A stretch of 64,000 nt of DNA from an uncultured Eubacteriales bacterium. GTDB taxonomy: Bacteria; Bacillota; Clostridia; Oscillospirales; UBA644. Position 1 is the first letter of the stretch. Each line of letters opens with the position of its first letter. Position numbers and translations under genes: made by a program. Under the pieces are notes generated by a model. The model saw only the letters and a list, made by a program, of their open reading frames with translations, did no database searches and was not told where the DNA came from. The DNA lies in assembly GCA_959604355.1 (NCBI GenBank), contig CAUHAO010000003.1:210-64209 (forward strand). Direction: 5' to 3'. Shown here piece after piece: positions 27,159 through 36,105 of this stretch.

Positions 27159-27926
27159 ATGAAATACAATGAAGAATTCGAATCGCTTTTCAAAGAAATT
27201 GACAAAGAGCTTGAAAAAGCACCCGGAGATATGGATTGCGATAAGGTAGACAGTCTTCTGGAGACTGTTAATATCGACAATGAGGCTGTTGCTTCCGGAA
27301 TGGAAGAGATAATACGCTTTTTCGGACAAAAACAACTCCAAAAAGCAAAGCGAAAAAGAAAAGCCGTGGGTTGGAGAAAGTTTATCGCCGTCACCGCGTG
27401 TGTTATCGCGATAGTTTTCGTTGGCACGATAGTTTCTTCTTATGCACTGGGAGTGAATATATTGGACGCTCCTCTCTTCGAATGGCCGAAAAGAACGATT
27501 TTGTTCTTGAAGGAGAAGGTGTTTTATAAAGAGGGAAACAGAGAAGTCTACAACGACGGAAAAAAGACACGGGAATACTCTTCTTATGATGAACTTTGTG
27601 AAAAAGAAAACATAAATATTCTTCGCCTTGAATGTTTACCAGACGGATATAAGCTGGATTCTATAAAAGTCTTTGGCTCGGAGTTTACATATGATATTTT
27701 TATAGAAATATCTAATGAAAACGGAGAATCTATATCTTATTCGATATGGAAAAAAAGCAATGCCGAAGCGCTGCCCGACATTGAAGTTTTTCAAGGTAGG
27801 GAGATTTTTAAAGCAGAGATGGAAGGCTTGTGTCAAGTGTCATGGATTTACAATGACTGGTACTCAACCATTTCCGGAAAAGTTCCTATGGATGTTTTGT
27901 TGCAAATACTTGCAGATGCCGATTAA
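27159..27926 (+). CDS. Putative anti-sigma factor / single-pass membrane protein (DUF4367-like ectodomain, tentative)
   Basis: Lies immediately downstream of the sigma gene. It has a cytoplasmic acidic N-terminus, one TM helix (FIAVTACVIAIVFVGTIVSSYAL) and a ~150-aa extracytoplasmic domain. Confidence 0.5.
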   Translation: MKYNEEFESLFKEIDKELEKAPGDMDCDKVDSLLETVNIDNEAVASGMEEIIRFFGQKQLQKAKRKRKAVGWRKFIAVTACVIAIVFVGTIVSSYALGVNILDAPLFEWPKRTILFLKEKVFYKEGNREVYNDGKKTREYSSYDELCEKENINILRLECLPDGYKLDSIKVFGSEFTYDIFIEISNENGESISYSIWKKSNAEALPDIEVFQGREIFKAEMEGLCQVSWIYNDWYSTISGKVPMDVLLQILADAD

Positions 27927-27953
27927 TATAACTGCAGTTTTACTTAAATAAAT

Positions 27954-27985
27954 AAAGCCTGCGTTTCCGCAGGCTTTATTTATTT
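27954..27985. terminator. Bidirectional terminator
   Basis: AAAGCCTGCG-tttc-CGCAGGCTTT flanked by A/T runs on both sides. Confidence 0.7.
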
Positions 27986-28075
27986 GTGAAAGACTGCTCA
28001 GAGTACAGATGTTTTTATGTGAAAGCCCTAAAAGTGTACCATGGTCAGCCTGACAAACCGGGATTTATTGAGTTT

Positions 28076-28867
28076 TTATTGAATCGGTAACTGAATCTCC
28101 GTAAGCCATTCATCGACGGAATCTTTATTCCAAATGCCATCGATATATCTTTCCCTTGCAATCCCGGCTATCTCATATCCGTTTTCCTCTGCGTACTCCA
28201 TAATATAAGCATACGCCTCGCCAATTTCTTCATATGCACCTTTATGGTATATGCTCAGGACTTTTACAGCAGGGATTTTTCTGAATTTGATTCTGTCGCT
28301 TTCTTTTCCAATCCGATCTACAGCTTCATTATGGCGAATCAGAATATCGTTCTCCTTGTGTTCTTCATCAAGATACTCGCAAAATTCATATCCCGGTTCA
28401 ACGCACTTAATCCCCGGATTGAGCTGCATACATTCTGCTCCAAGCTCCGGAATTATCTGCATCATATCAGAGAAAGAATGCACACGCATCTCCGTGTAAT
28501 ACACAATAGCCTCCGGAACTTCCTTAACGGTTACCTGATACTTCATTTCCTTGTCCTCCAAAATATGATTTATGATGGAAAGACGAACATCAATCTCCTG
28601 TTTCTTCGATTGCAAAGTCATGGCTTTTTCGGCAATTATGCTTTTGGCATCTGCGCCGCCGATTATGGCTTTAATCTCATCGATAGAAAAATCCAGTTGC
28701 CTGTAAGCCTTAATAGTTGCCGCAGTTATTAGTTGGCCGGTTTCATAAAAGCGATACCCCGTCCACTTGTCTGTGGAAGCAGGTATAAGAAGCCCTTCTT
28801 TTTCATAAAAACGAAGAGCCTTGACTGTTATATGTGATAACTTTGAAAAATCGCCGATTTTGAGCAT
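28076..28867 (-). CDS. MerR family transcriptional regulator with GyrI-like effector-binding domain (BmrR-type)
   Basis: MLKIGDFSKLSHITVKALRFYEKEGLL... is a MerR HTH. A coiled coil and a C-terminal GyrI-like half follow. ATG 28867 follows aggagg; the track ORF extends to 28927. Confidence 0.85.
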   Translation of the reverse strand: MLKIGDFSKLSHITVKALRFYEKEGLLIPASTDKWTGYRFYETGQLITAATIKAYRQLDFSIDEIKAIIGGADAKSIIAEKAMTLQSKKQEIDVRLSIINHILEDKEMKYQVTVKEVPEAIVYYTEMRVHSFSDMMQIIPELGAECMQLNPGIKCVEPGYEFCEYLDEEHKENDILIRHNEAVDRIGKESDRIKFRKIPAVKVLSIYHKGAYEEIGEAYAYIMEYAEENGYEIAGIARERYIDGIWNKDSVDEWLTEIQLPIQ

Positions 28868-29494
28868 TTGAAGTTCCTCCTGCCGTTCACAGTCACATTT
28901 TAAGTCATCCCTTAAGGGGAGAGTCAAGAGGGAAAATGAAAAACTTCTGTAAATTTTGATTTATTAATCTTTATTATAGCATATTTTCATGTTTTTTCAA
29001 GTATCTGTCACCGGTTCAATCTCAAAAGCCATCAATATTCGGTCTGATTAATATGCCGAAAAGAAGCTGCAAGAGTGGCTCAAATCCTGCCGCCATTAGA
29101 ACTTACGACATTTTGCAGAGCAAAGAAACCTGAAGAGTACATCACCAGCCGTTTTGACTGTTTTTTGCTTTGCAAAGAAAAAACCGGACTTCGCAAATGC
29201 ACCTGTCCGAATATCCGCGTTTCTGTTCGAAATCAATGTATTTTCGTCTAAAATGAAAGAAAAACCCGCTCTTGCCTCGGTAGACAGAAGGGTTCTATTT
29301 TATGTCGGAGGGTGTGGGGCTTTTGCCACGTGGGATTGCTCTCAAACGGTTCTTAAGATTTTTTGCCGCTTCGGATTTCGCCGCAGAATAACGGAGAATA
29401 AATGACGCTGAAATCTCGGGCGTGACAAGGCTTTTCGGCATTCTTTTGTTCGAGCCGCGAAAAAACCATTTCCGCATAATTCCGCAATAGGCAC

Positions 29495-29523
29495 TTGAAA
29501 CTTGTAAGATTTTATGATATACT
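29495..29523 (+). promoter_or_regulatory. Promoter of amidohydrolase gene (followed by ~250-nt leader)
   Basis: TTGAAA, a 17-nt spacer, then TATACT with TG at -15/-14. Confidence 0.55.
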
Positions 29524-29773
29524 GTATTTTGCAGAGTTATGACTATCGGAGAATCAAAAAATATAGGACAATATGGAAATTTCGGAGCGGTGATTCTCCG
29601 ACAAGGAAATGTGCGTCTATACAAAACTGTCTGATAAGAATCCGAGGAGATGGAAAGAAATGAGCTTTTCTCCGTTCGAGGAAGAACTGAAAACAGAGCA
29701 TCTAATGAGGATTTGATATATTGAATATTTAACAAACATTAAAAAGAAAGCCACAGTAGGGGAGGATTTTGAA

Positions 29774-30985
29774 ATGGAAATCGATGCTAACACGATGTTG
29801 AATGCGGCAGTGGCAATCCGGTCGGAACTCATCGCGGACCGAAGAGAACTGCACCAAAACCCGGAAGTGGGCGCCTGTCTGCCGCAAACCAAAGAATATG
29901 TGAAAAAGCGTCTCACCGAAATGGGATACGAGCCGGTTGAAATCTGTGAAAGCGGCATTGTTGCAACCGTTACCGGCGAAGACACCGGCAGATGCATTCT
30001 GCTCCGTGCAGACATGGACGGACTTTCCTCAGAGGAGAAAACAGGGCTTTCCTTCAGGGCAAATAACGGGAAAATGCATGCCTGCGGTCATGATATGCAT
30101 ACGGCAATGCTGCTCGGTGCCGCCAGGCTTCTGAAAGAATACCAACACGAGTTGAAAGGTACCGTCAAGCTGATATTTCAGCCCGACGAGGAGGGGTTTA
30201 CCGGTGCAAAGGCAATGCTCCGGGCGGGAGCTCTTAAAAATCCGGAGCCCCAAGCGGGACTTGCGCTCCATGTGCATTCCGGCACACCGTCGGGGCTGAT
30301 TATGTGCGGAAGAGGAACCTTCATGGCAGGATGTACACTCTTCCGTGTCACGGTGAATGGTGTGGGATGCCACGGTGCGATGCCCGAAACCGGTATTGAT
30401 CCCATTATGATTGCTGCGCATATTGCGCTTGCAATTGAGGAAATCAAAACAAGAGAAATACCGGCAAAAAGTCCCGCAGTTGTGACGATCGGCAAATTTG
30501 ACGGCGGAACTGCACCGAATATTATTCCGCAGCAGGCCGTGATAGAAGGAACCATTCGCACGTTTGACCGCGCACTCTCGGAAACCATCTTTCAAAGAAT
30601 TGCGGCAATCTCAAGGAGTATTGCTGAAGCATTCCGCGGCTCGGCATCGGTGGAGGAAATGTCATCTGCGCCTCCGCTCCTGAACGATCCCGACCTCGTC
30701 AACCGCATGGCAGGGTATGCGAAAAAACTATTTGGAGAAAATGCTGTTTATCTGACCGATGAAGGAGGTATGGGCTCGGAAGATTTTGCGTCCTATACCT
30801 ATGAATTGCCCTCTGCATACCTTTTAATCGGCGCCGGGACAAAAGCTGAAAATCCGCTCTTCGGTGAACCGATGCACAATGAGCAGGTGGTGTTCAACGA
30901 AGAAATCCTGCATAAAGGTGCCGCACTTCACGCCTACTGCGCACTCCGCTGGCTGAACGACGGGGAGAATCCCGACGGCAGGTGA
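29774..30985 (+). CDS. M20 family metallopeptidase / amidohydrolase (M20D, N-acyl-amino acid amidohydrolase-like)
   Basis: LHQNPE, MHACGHDMH, FQPDEEG and the overall M20D layout. RBS ggagga. Confidence 0.85.
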   Translation: MEIDANTMLNAAVAIRSELIADRRELHQNPEVGACLPQTKEYVKKRLTEMGYEPVEICESGIVATVTGEDTGRCILLRADMDGLSSEEKTGLSFRANNGKMHACGHDMHTAMLLGAARLLKEYQHELKGTVKLIFQPDEEGFTGAKAMLRAGALKNPEPQAGLALHVHSGTPSGLIMCGRGTFMAGCTLFRVTVNGVGCHGAMPETGIDPIMIAAHIALAIEEIKTREIPAKSPAVVTIGKFDGGTAPNIIPQQAVIEGTIRTFDRALSETIFQRIAAISRSIAEAFRGSASVEEMSSAPPLLNDPDLVNRMAGYAKKLFGENAVYLTDEGGMGSEDFASYTYELPSAYLLIGAGTKAENPLFGEPMHNEQVVFNEEILHKGAALHAYCALRWLNDGENPDGR

Positions 30986-31017
30986 GTCTCGTACTCTTGC
31001 TTTTCCGGCAGTCGCGT

Positions 31018-31046
31018 TTGAAATTTTACAATCTTACGGGTATAAT
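31018..31046 (+). promoter_or_regulatory. Orphan consensus promoter (no ORF downstream)
   Basis: TTGAAA, a 17-nt spacer, then TATAAT. Confidence 0.45.
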
Positions 31047-31161
31047 GCAAGACGCCTTATTAAATTATACCCAAAAGGAAGATTGAATTATTAACCTTTT
31101 CTGTTATACCCGGTAGGCTCTTATTTCTTTTTGCTTTTCCGCAAAGTTCCGCCGTAAACGT

Positions 31162-31190
31162 TTGAAATTTGTCAGATTTTATGATATGCT
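31162..31190 (+). promoter_or_regulatory. Orphan promoter, near-duplicate of the 29495 promoter
   Basis: TTGAAAtttgtcagattttatgaTATGCT compares with TTGAAActtgtaagattttatgaTATACT at 29495. A TATAAT also lies at 31192. Confidence 0.45.
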
Positions 31191-31674
31191 TTATAATGAA
31201 AAAGGTTTACCCGACCACAAGGTCGGCAGGGCCGGAGGAATATACCGATTGAAGCTTGCGAGTGGATTAAAAGCGGAAGGATAAATCTACACACCGTTCA
31301 AATTAGAATATAAAAACTAAAAATGTTAACATTGCTGTTGAGACAAACAAATTGCTGCTTTTAGGAGTGTATGCGCGTTATCCTCCAAAAGTATAATAGC
31401 TGCAAGGTTTTTTCTTGCGGCTGATAATGCGGTTATCAGATGCGATTTGGAGGAGCGTGTGGGGGGGCTTGCGGCGCTCGACTCGCCTTGGTCGCTTGCG
31501 GTCACAACTCTCGTTTGCGGTGCAAAAAAATCCCGGTCACGGTGTGCCCTTATTTTTTGACCGCGGCATACTTACCGTCTCGCTTCATCCGCCCCGGCGG
31601 CGCTTTGCTGTTTCTGTCCAGATTGTTGCTCTGTACCGCGCGCCTTCTAATCCCATGCTAAACCTGTTTGTATG

Positions 31675-31706
31675 AAAAAATAAAGTCCACACAAAATGTG
31701 GACTTT
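31675..31706 (-). terminator. Terminator belonging to the displaced tRNA-Ser 3' fragment
   Basis: AAAGTCCACA-caaaa-TGTGGACTTT with a T-run on the minus strand, 8 nt downstream of the tRNA fragment end. Confidence 0.6.
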
Positions 31707-31713
31707 ATCCTTT

Positions 31714-31769
31714 TGGCGGAGAGGAAGGGATTCGAACCCTTGTGGGGTTGCCCCCAAACGGTTTTCAAG
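31714..31769 (-). repeat. attL: 56-nt orphan copy of the tRNA-Ser 3' part (anticodon loop to CCA)
   Basis: Perfect match to 51946-52001. The sequences diverge immediately beyond (G at 31770 versus A at 52002). Confidence 0.9.
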
Positions 31770-31828
31770 GCACAATAACCATGCGGAAATTAAGGGATTT
31801 TAGAAGACGATAACAGAAGATAAAAGAA

Positions 31829-31869
31829 GCTGAAAACCCAGTATTTACAAGGGTTTTCGGCTCTTTTTT
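31829..31869. terminator. Hairpin + T-run just inside the island left end
   Basis: GCTGAAAACCC-agtatttacaa-GGGTTTTCGGC followed by TCTTTTTT. It is flanked by the inverted 10-mers AAGGGATTTT (31792) and AAAATCCCTT (31882). Confidence 0.5.
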
Positions 31870-31909
31870 GGTTCGAACCTAAAAATCCCTTACGCCATAA
31901 GGCATATCG

Positions 31910-31956
31910 ATTTCTAAAAGAATTTCTAAAAAATTTTTAGAAATATTTTTAGAAAT
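31910..31956. repeat. 47-bp palindrome built from four 10-bp ATTTCTAAAA motifs (2 direct + 2 inverted, 12-bp phasing)
   Basis: ATTTCTAAAA occurs at 31910 and 31922, and TTTTAGAAAT at 31935 and 31947. This is a candidate protein-binding array near attL. Confidence 0.7.
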
Positions 31957-32333
31957 GCACCCCCGTTTGTGTGGTTCCTGTAGCCGTGTTTGTCGCGGTC
32001 GTTCCCTGTCACAGCACTTCACGGCGCAAATATTTCACCGCTGTAATCAAAGAGTGCCGCTCCGCCAAAGCCGGATTGATAACTTGGATTTATTATAACT
32101 CAAAACAACGGAGATTGCAAATGAAGAATATTTTATCATTCGTCCAATGTGTTTTTAATTATGTCTGACACGCGTCTTCTCGTGTTCACAAAACTCCCAG
32201 TGCAAAATCTTTTCAAAATCCTATTGACAAAATCAGGAAAATATGTTATCATATGATAAAAGGAGTCGAGACTCCATTTATTTTGGGCAAATATAATCAC
32301 AAATTTACCAGGACAAATATTTTAGGAGAGCAT

Positions 32334-32954
32334 ATGACAATTGGTGAAGTTGCGGTTGTCCGAACAGGCCTTGTTACCGCAAGAAAAAAGAAAGATGCAT
32401 CTTCCTTGCGATCATTTGATTATCGGCTTTTGAATCTAAAATGTATCGCAAATGAAGGTTATATTGAAAAAGCTTATATTGAACCATACGAATTATCGGA
32501 AGAGTTGAAAGAGGGCTACCTGACTCGGATGGGAGATATTCTTATCAGACTAAGCGCCCCCTATACAGTAGTCATGATTGATCAACCGGATTTGTGCGGA
32601 ATTGTCATCCCCTCCCACTTCGCAATCATTCGTGTTGATAAACGTTACGCAGTGCCAGAATATGTGTTTTGGTCGTTGCGACGTGACAAGAACAGAATAA
32701 CGATGATGCAAAACAGTAGCGGAAGTACTGCTTTTGGGACAATCAGTTCGGGGCTGATCGCCTCGCTGTCGATCACACTTTTACCCATACAAGAGCAGAA
32801 GATAGTTGGTGATCTGATGATTCTTTCGGAGCGCGAGCAAGAGTTAATGCAAATGCTTGCCACAGAAAAGAAAAAATATAACACCCTGCTTTTGAACCAA
32901 ATCTACGATAATATGAAAAGAGGTAATATAAATGACAACCAAACAAAACATTGA
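32334..32954 (+). CDS. hsdS: Type I restriction-modification specificity subunit, half-size (single TRD)
   Basis: 206 aa with one target-recognition domain plus the conserved helical region LLPIQEQKIVGDLMILSEREQELMQML. ATG 32334 follows aggaga. It overlaps hsdM by 23 nt. Confidence 0.75.
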   Translation: MTIGEVAVVRTGLVTARKKKDASSLRSFDYRLLNLKCIANEGYIEKAYIEPYELSEELKEGYLTRMGDILIRLSAPYTVVMIDQPDLCGIVIPSHFAIIRVDKRYAVPEYVFWSLRRDKNRITMMQNSSGSTAFGTISSGLIASLSITLLPIQEQKIVGDLMILSEREQELMQMLATEKKKYNTLLLNQIYDNMKRGNINDNQTKH

Positions 32955-34488
32955 AAAAGTACTTTGGAACGCATGCGACAGCTTCCGCGGAAAAATTGAC
33001 AGCTCACGATATAAGGATTATATCCTTTCAATGCTTTTTGTGAAATATCTGAGCGATGTATACGCATACACTCGCAAGAAATACAGTGAACAGTATGACG
33101 GAAACGAGGAACGTATTGCCCGTGCGATGAGCCGTGAGCGTTTTGTCATGGACGAAACCTCAACCTTTGATTACCTCTACAAAAACAGAAACGATACGGC
33201 TATCGGTGAAAAAATCAATATCGCTCTTGCGAATATTGAAAAAAACAACAGCGCTAAGTTACATAACGTGTTCCGGGCCATTGATTTCAACTCTACCGTT
33301 GATTTCGGTGAGGTTAAAGAGAAGAATGCAATTCTCAAAAATCTTCTCGAGGATTTCAAGGACCTTGACCTCTCCCCGGATCAGCTCGACAATGCAGACA
33401 TCATCGGAGATGCCTACGAATACATGATTGCTAACTTTGCATCCGATGCGGGAAAGAAGGGCGGCGAGTTCTACACCCCAAGTATGGTTTCTGAGCTGGT
33501 TGCAAGATTGATTGCACCTAAAGAAAATGATCGTATCTACGATGCAACCTGCGGAAGCGGCGGTCTTCTTCTCAAAGCGTACAAGCAGGTAAAGAGCCGG
33601 AAAGTGGCGCTTTACGGGCAGGAGCAGAATATGCAGACATGGGCGCTCTGCCGCATGAATATGTTTTTGCACAATGTAGACGACGCAACTATTTGGCAAG
33701 GCGATACGCTTTCCAACCCCGGAAACATCAAGGACGATAAGTTGATGAAATTCCAGTGTATTTGTGCGAACCCACCATTCTCGCTTGACAAATGGGACAG
33801 CGGATTTCTCTCGGGTGCGGTGGACGAAAAAGGCAAGCCCAAGGAAAAGATGTCTGCGGAACTTGATCCGTTCAGGCGCTTCGATTGGGGCATCCCGCCC
33901 ACATCCAAAGGCGATTACGCATTCGTCATGCATATGCTGCACAGCCTGGACGATGCCACGGGACGCATGGGCATCATTCTCCCTCACGGTGTACTCTTCC
34001 GCGGTGCAGGCGAAGGAAAAATTCGCCGCACCATTATCGAGAGCTTTAACTTTCTTGATGCTGTCATCGGGCTTCCCGCAAACCTGTTCTACGGTGCAGG
34101 TATTCCCGCCTGTATTCTGATTTTCCGCAAGGATCGCGGAACGAATAACAAGGTTCTCTTTGTGGATGCAAGTGGCGAAGGACACTATGAAAAAGGCAAG
34201 AATCAGAACATTCTGCGTGAGTGCGATGTTAAGAAGATCGTTGACACCTATGTTCAGTATAAAACCGATATTCATTATGCGGACGAGCCCAAGTTCAGCC
34301 ATGTGGCTACCCTTGAGGAGATCGCCGAAAACGATTACAATCTTAATATCCCACGCTATGTCGATACTTTTGAGGAAGAAGAATTGATCGACATCGACGA
34401 GGTGAAACAGAATATCGCCAACATCGAGGCAGAGCTTGCCGAGGTGCAGGCGCAGATGAAGAAGTATATGGAGGAGCTTGGGTTATGA
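32932..34488 (+). CDS. hsdM: Type I restriction-modification DNA methyltransferase subunit M (N6-adenine)
   Basis: HsdM N-terminal domain (LWNACDSFRG), AdoMet motif YDATCGSGGLL and catalytic NPPF (CANPPFSLDKW). Confidence 0.95.
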   Translation: MTTKQNIEKVLWNACDSFRGKIDSSRYKDYILSMLFVKYLSDVYAYTRKKYSEQYDGNEERIARAMSRERFVMDETSTFDYLYKNRNDTAIGEKINIALANIEKNNSAKLHNVFRAIDFNSTVDFGEVKEKNAILKNLLEDFKDLDLSPDQLDNADIIGDAYEYMIANFASDAGKKGGEFYTPSMVSELVARLIAPKENDRIYDATCGSGGLLLKAYKQVKSRKVALYGQEQNMQTWALCRMNMFLHNVDDATIWQGDTLSNPGNIKDDKLMKFQCICANPPFSLDKWDSGFLSGAVDEKGKPKEKMSAELDPFRRFDWGIPPTSKGDYAFVMHMLHSLDDATGRMGIILPHGVLFRGAGEGKIRRTIIESFNFLDAVIGLPANLFYGAGIPACILIFRKDRGTNNKVLFVDASGEGHYEKGKNQNILRECDVKKIVDTYVQYKTDIHYADEPKFSHVATLEEIAENDYNLNIPRYVDTFEEEELIDIDEVKQNIANIEAELAEVQAQMKKYMEELGL

Positions 34489-35513
34489 GCGAAGGAAAAG
34501 ATTTGACTATCCGAAACAGTACAGCTGAATTTTTGATTTTTGAAAAGCAGGCTCACGCCGATTCCATAGAAGTTCGTTACGAAGACGAAACATTGTGGCT
34601 TACACAAAAAATGATGTCGGATCTTTTTGATGTTGAATCCAACACGATAACTTATCATTTACAAGAGATTTTTAAGTCTGGGGAATTGGATAAAGAATCA
34701 ACTGCTCGAAAATTTCGAGTAGTTCAAACCGAAGGCACTCGTCAAGTCAGTCGAGAAGTTGACCACTACAATCTTGATGCCGTAATTTCTGTTGGATATC
34801 GTGTAAATTCTATTCGCGCAACCCAGTTCAGACGCTGGGCGACACAGGTTTTGAAGCAGTATGCGATCACCGGTTACATAATTGACCGCAAACGTATGGA
34901 AAACGGCGCGTTCCTCGGTGAAGACTATTTTGAGCGTTTGCTGGAAGAAATCCGCGAGATTCGTTTGAGTGAGCGTAGATTTTATCAGAAGGTTACCGAC
35001 ATATATGCAACCAGTGTGGATTACGATAAAAATGCACCGACAACCAAGCTCTTCTTTGCTACCGTTCAGAACAAGATGCATTATGCCATCACGGGCAATA
35101 CAGCTCCGGAATTGATTATGGGGCGTGCTGACAGCAGCAAAGAACATATGGGTCTTACTTCGTGGGAGCGTTCCCCCGACGGCAAGATTCTCAAATCCGA
35201 CGTTTCGGTCGCCAAAAACTATCTTACCAAGGATGAACTTGATTCGCTTGGCAGAATCGTCAACTCCTTCCTCGATGCCGCAGAAGATTTCGCAAAGCGT
35301 AAGATCCCGATGACGATGGAAGACTGGGCAAAACGGCTTGATATGTTCTTGGCGTTTACCGGACGCGATATATTGACCGATGCGGGTACAGTTTCAAAAA
35401 TCGCAGCTAAAGCTTACGCCGAAAGCGAATTTGAAAAATACCGTGTGACACAAGACAAGCTCTATCAGAGTGATTTTGACAAGCTGGTGGAGAAGACGAA
35501 AAAGGAGAAGTAA
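34485..35513 (+). CDS. rhuM: RhuM family virulence/Fic-DOC-associated protein (common insert in type I R-M operons)
   Basis: The sequence IEVRYEDETLWLTQKMMSDLFDVESNTITYHLQEIF...VISVGYRVNSIRATQFRRWATQVLKQY is characteristic of RhuM. ATGA overlap with hsdM. Confidence 0.8.
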   Translation: MSEGKDLTIRNSTAEFLIFEKQAHADSIEVRYEDETLWLTQKMMSDLFDVESNTITYHLQEIFKSGELDKESTARKFRVVQTEGTRQVSREVDHYNLDAVISVGYRVNSIRATQFRRWATQVLKQYAITGYIIDRKRMENGAFLGEDYFERLLEEIREIRLSERRFYQKVTDIYATSVDYDKNAPTTKLFFATVQNKMHYAITGNTAPELIMGRADSSKEHMGLTSWERSPDGKILKSDVSVAKNYLTKDELDSLGRIVNSFLDAAEDFAKRKIPMTMEDWAKRLDMFLAFTGRDILTDAGTVSKIAAKAYAESEFEKYRVTQDKLYQSDFDKLVEKTKKEK

Positions 35514-35514
35514 A

Positions 35515-36105
35515 ATGAACGAAGTTATTTTAGTTATTGTTACAGCATTGATTTCTGGCTTACTTGCTACATTAGTAACAATTTGGTGGCAAAAACGCTC
35601 TGCCATACATAAAAGCAAAATGAAAATATTTGAAACACTAATGGCTTATAGATATCGAATTATTGCAGAGCCAAGTGTACATGCGTTGAACTCTATAGAT
35701 GTTGTTTTCTATAAAGATGATAATGTTAGGCGTGCTTATACTGATTTTTTGAACGAAGCTGCGAAAAGGCCAGAAATGAATCCCAATACCGGTGACAAGC
35801 ATTTGAAACTTCTTGAAGAAATGGCAAAAGCTTTGAACTTAAAGAACATCCATTGGGACGATATTAAGCAAGCTTATTGTCCTAACGGACTTCTGGAAAA
35901 AATCCAAGAAGAAGAGATGTTGAGAAAAATGCAACTGCAAACTACCGCAAACGCTATCGAAGCACAAAAGAATCAGCAGAATACTCCTACTCAAGATCAA
36001 ATTAACCAACAACTAATGTTACAGCTTCTTCCTGAACTAATTAGAAATCCTGACGGATTTAAGAATCTTATGGAGTTAGGAGAGAGGTTTGGTACTAAAA
36101 AATGA
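35515..36105 (+). CDS. Hypothetical N-terminally membrane-anchored protein
   Basis: 196 aa. ATG 35515 follows aaggaga. It has one TM helix (VILVIVTALISGLLATLVTIWW) and then a helical soluble domain. ATGA overlap with the downstream hsdS. Confidence 0.5.
   Translation: MNEVILVIVTALISGLLATLVTIWWQKRSAIHKSKMKIFETLMAYRYRIIAEPSVHALNSIDVVFYKDDNVRRAYTDFLNEAAKRPEMNPNTGDKHLKLLEEMAKALNLKNIHWDDIKQAYCPNGLLEKIQEEEMLRKMQLQTTANAIEAQKNQQNTPTQDQINQQLMLQLLPELIRNPDGFKNLMELGERFGTKK

Noticed and set aside
29524-29773. T-box or S-box riboswitch in the amidohydrolase leader
   Set aside because: I could not find the conserved T-box 14-mer (..GGTGGTACCGCG..) or SAM-I core strings. It is kept only as an unclassified structured leader.
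31415-31675. 86-aa and 73-aa ORFs in the GC-rich block before the tRNA fragment
   Set aside because: They have no RBS, an Arg/Leu-rich composition typical of random GC-rich frames, and overlap each other in two frames.
33259-34302. 347-aa minus-strand ORF
   Set aside because: It is antisense to hsdM, which has NPPF and AdoMet motifs on the plus strand.
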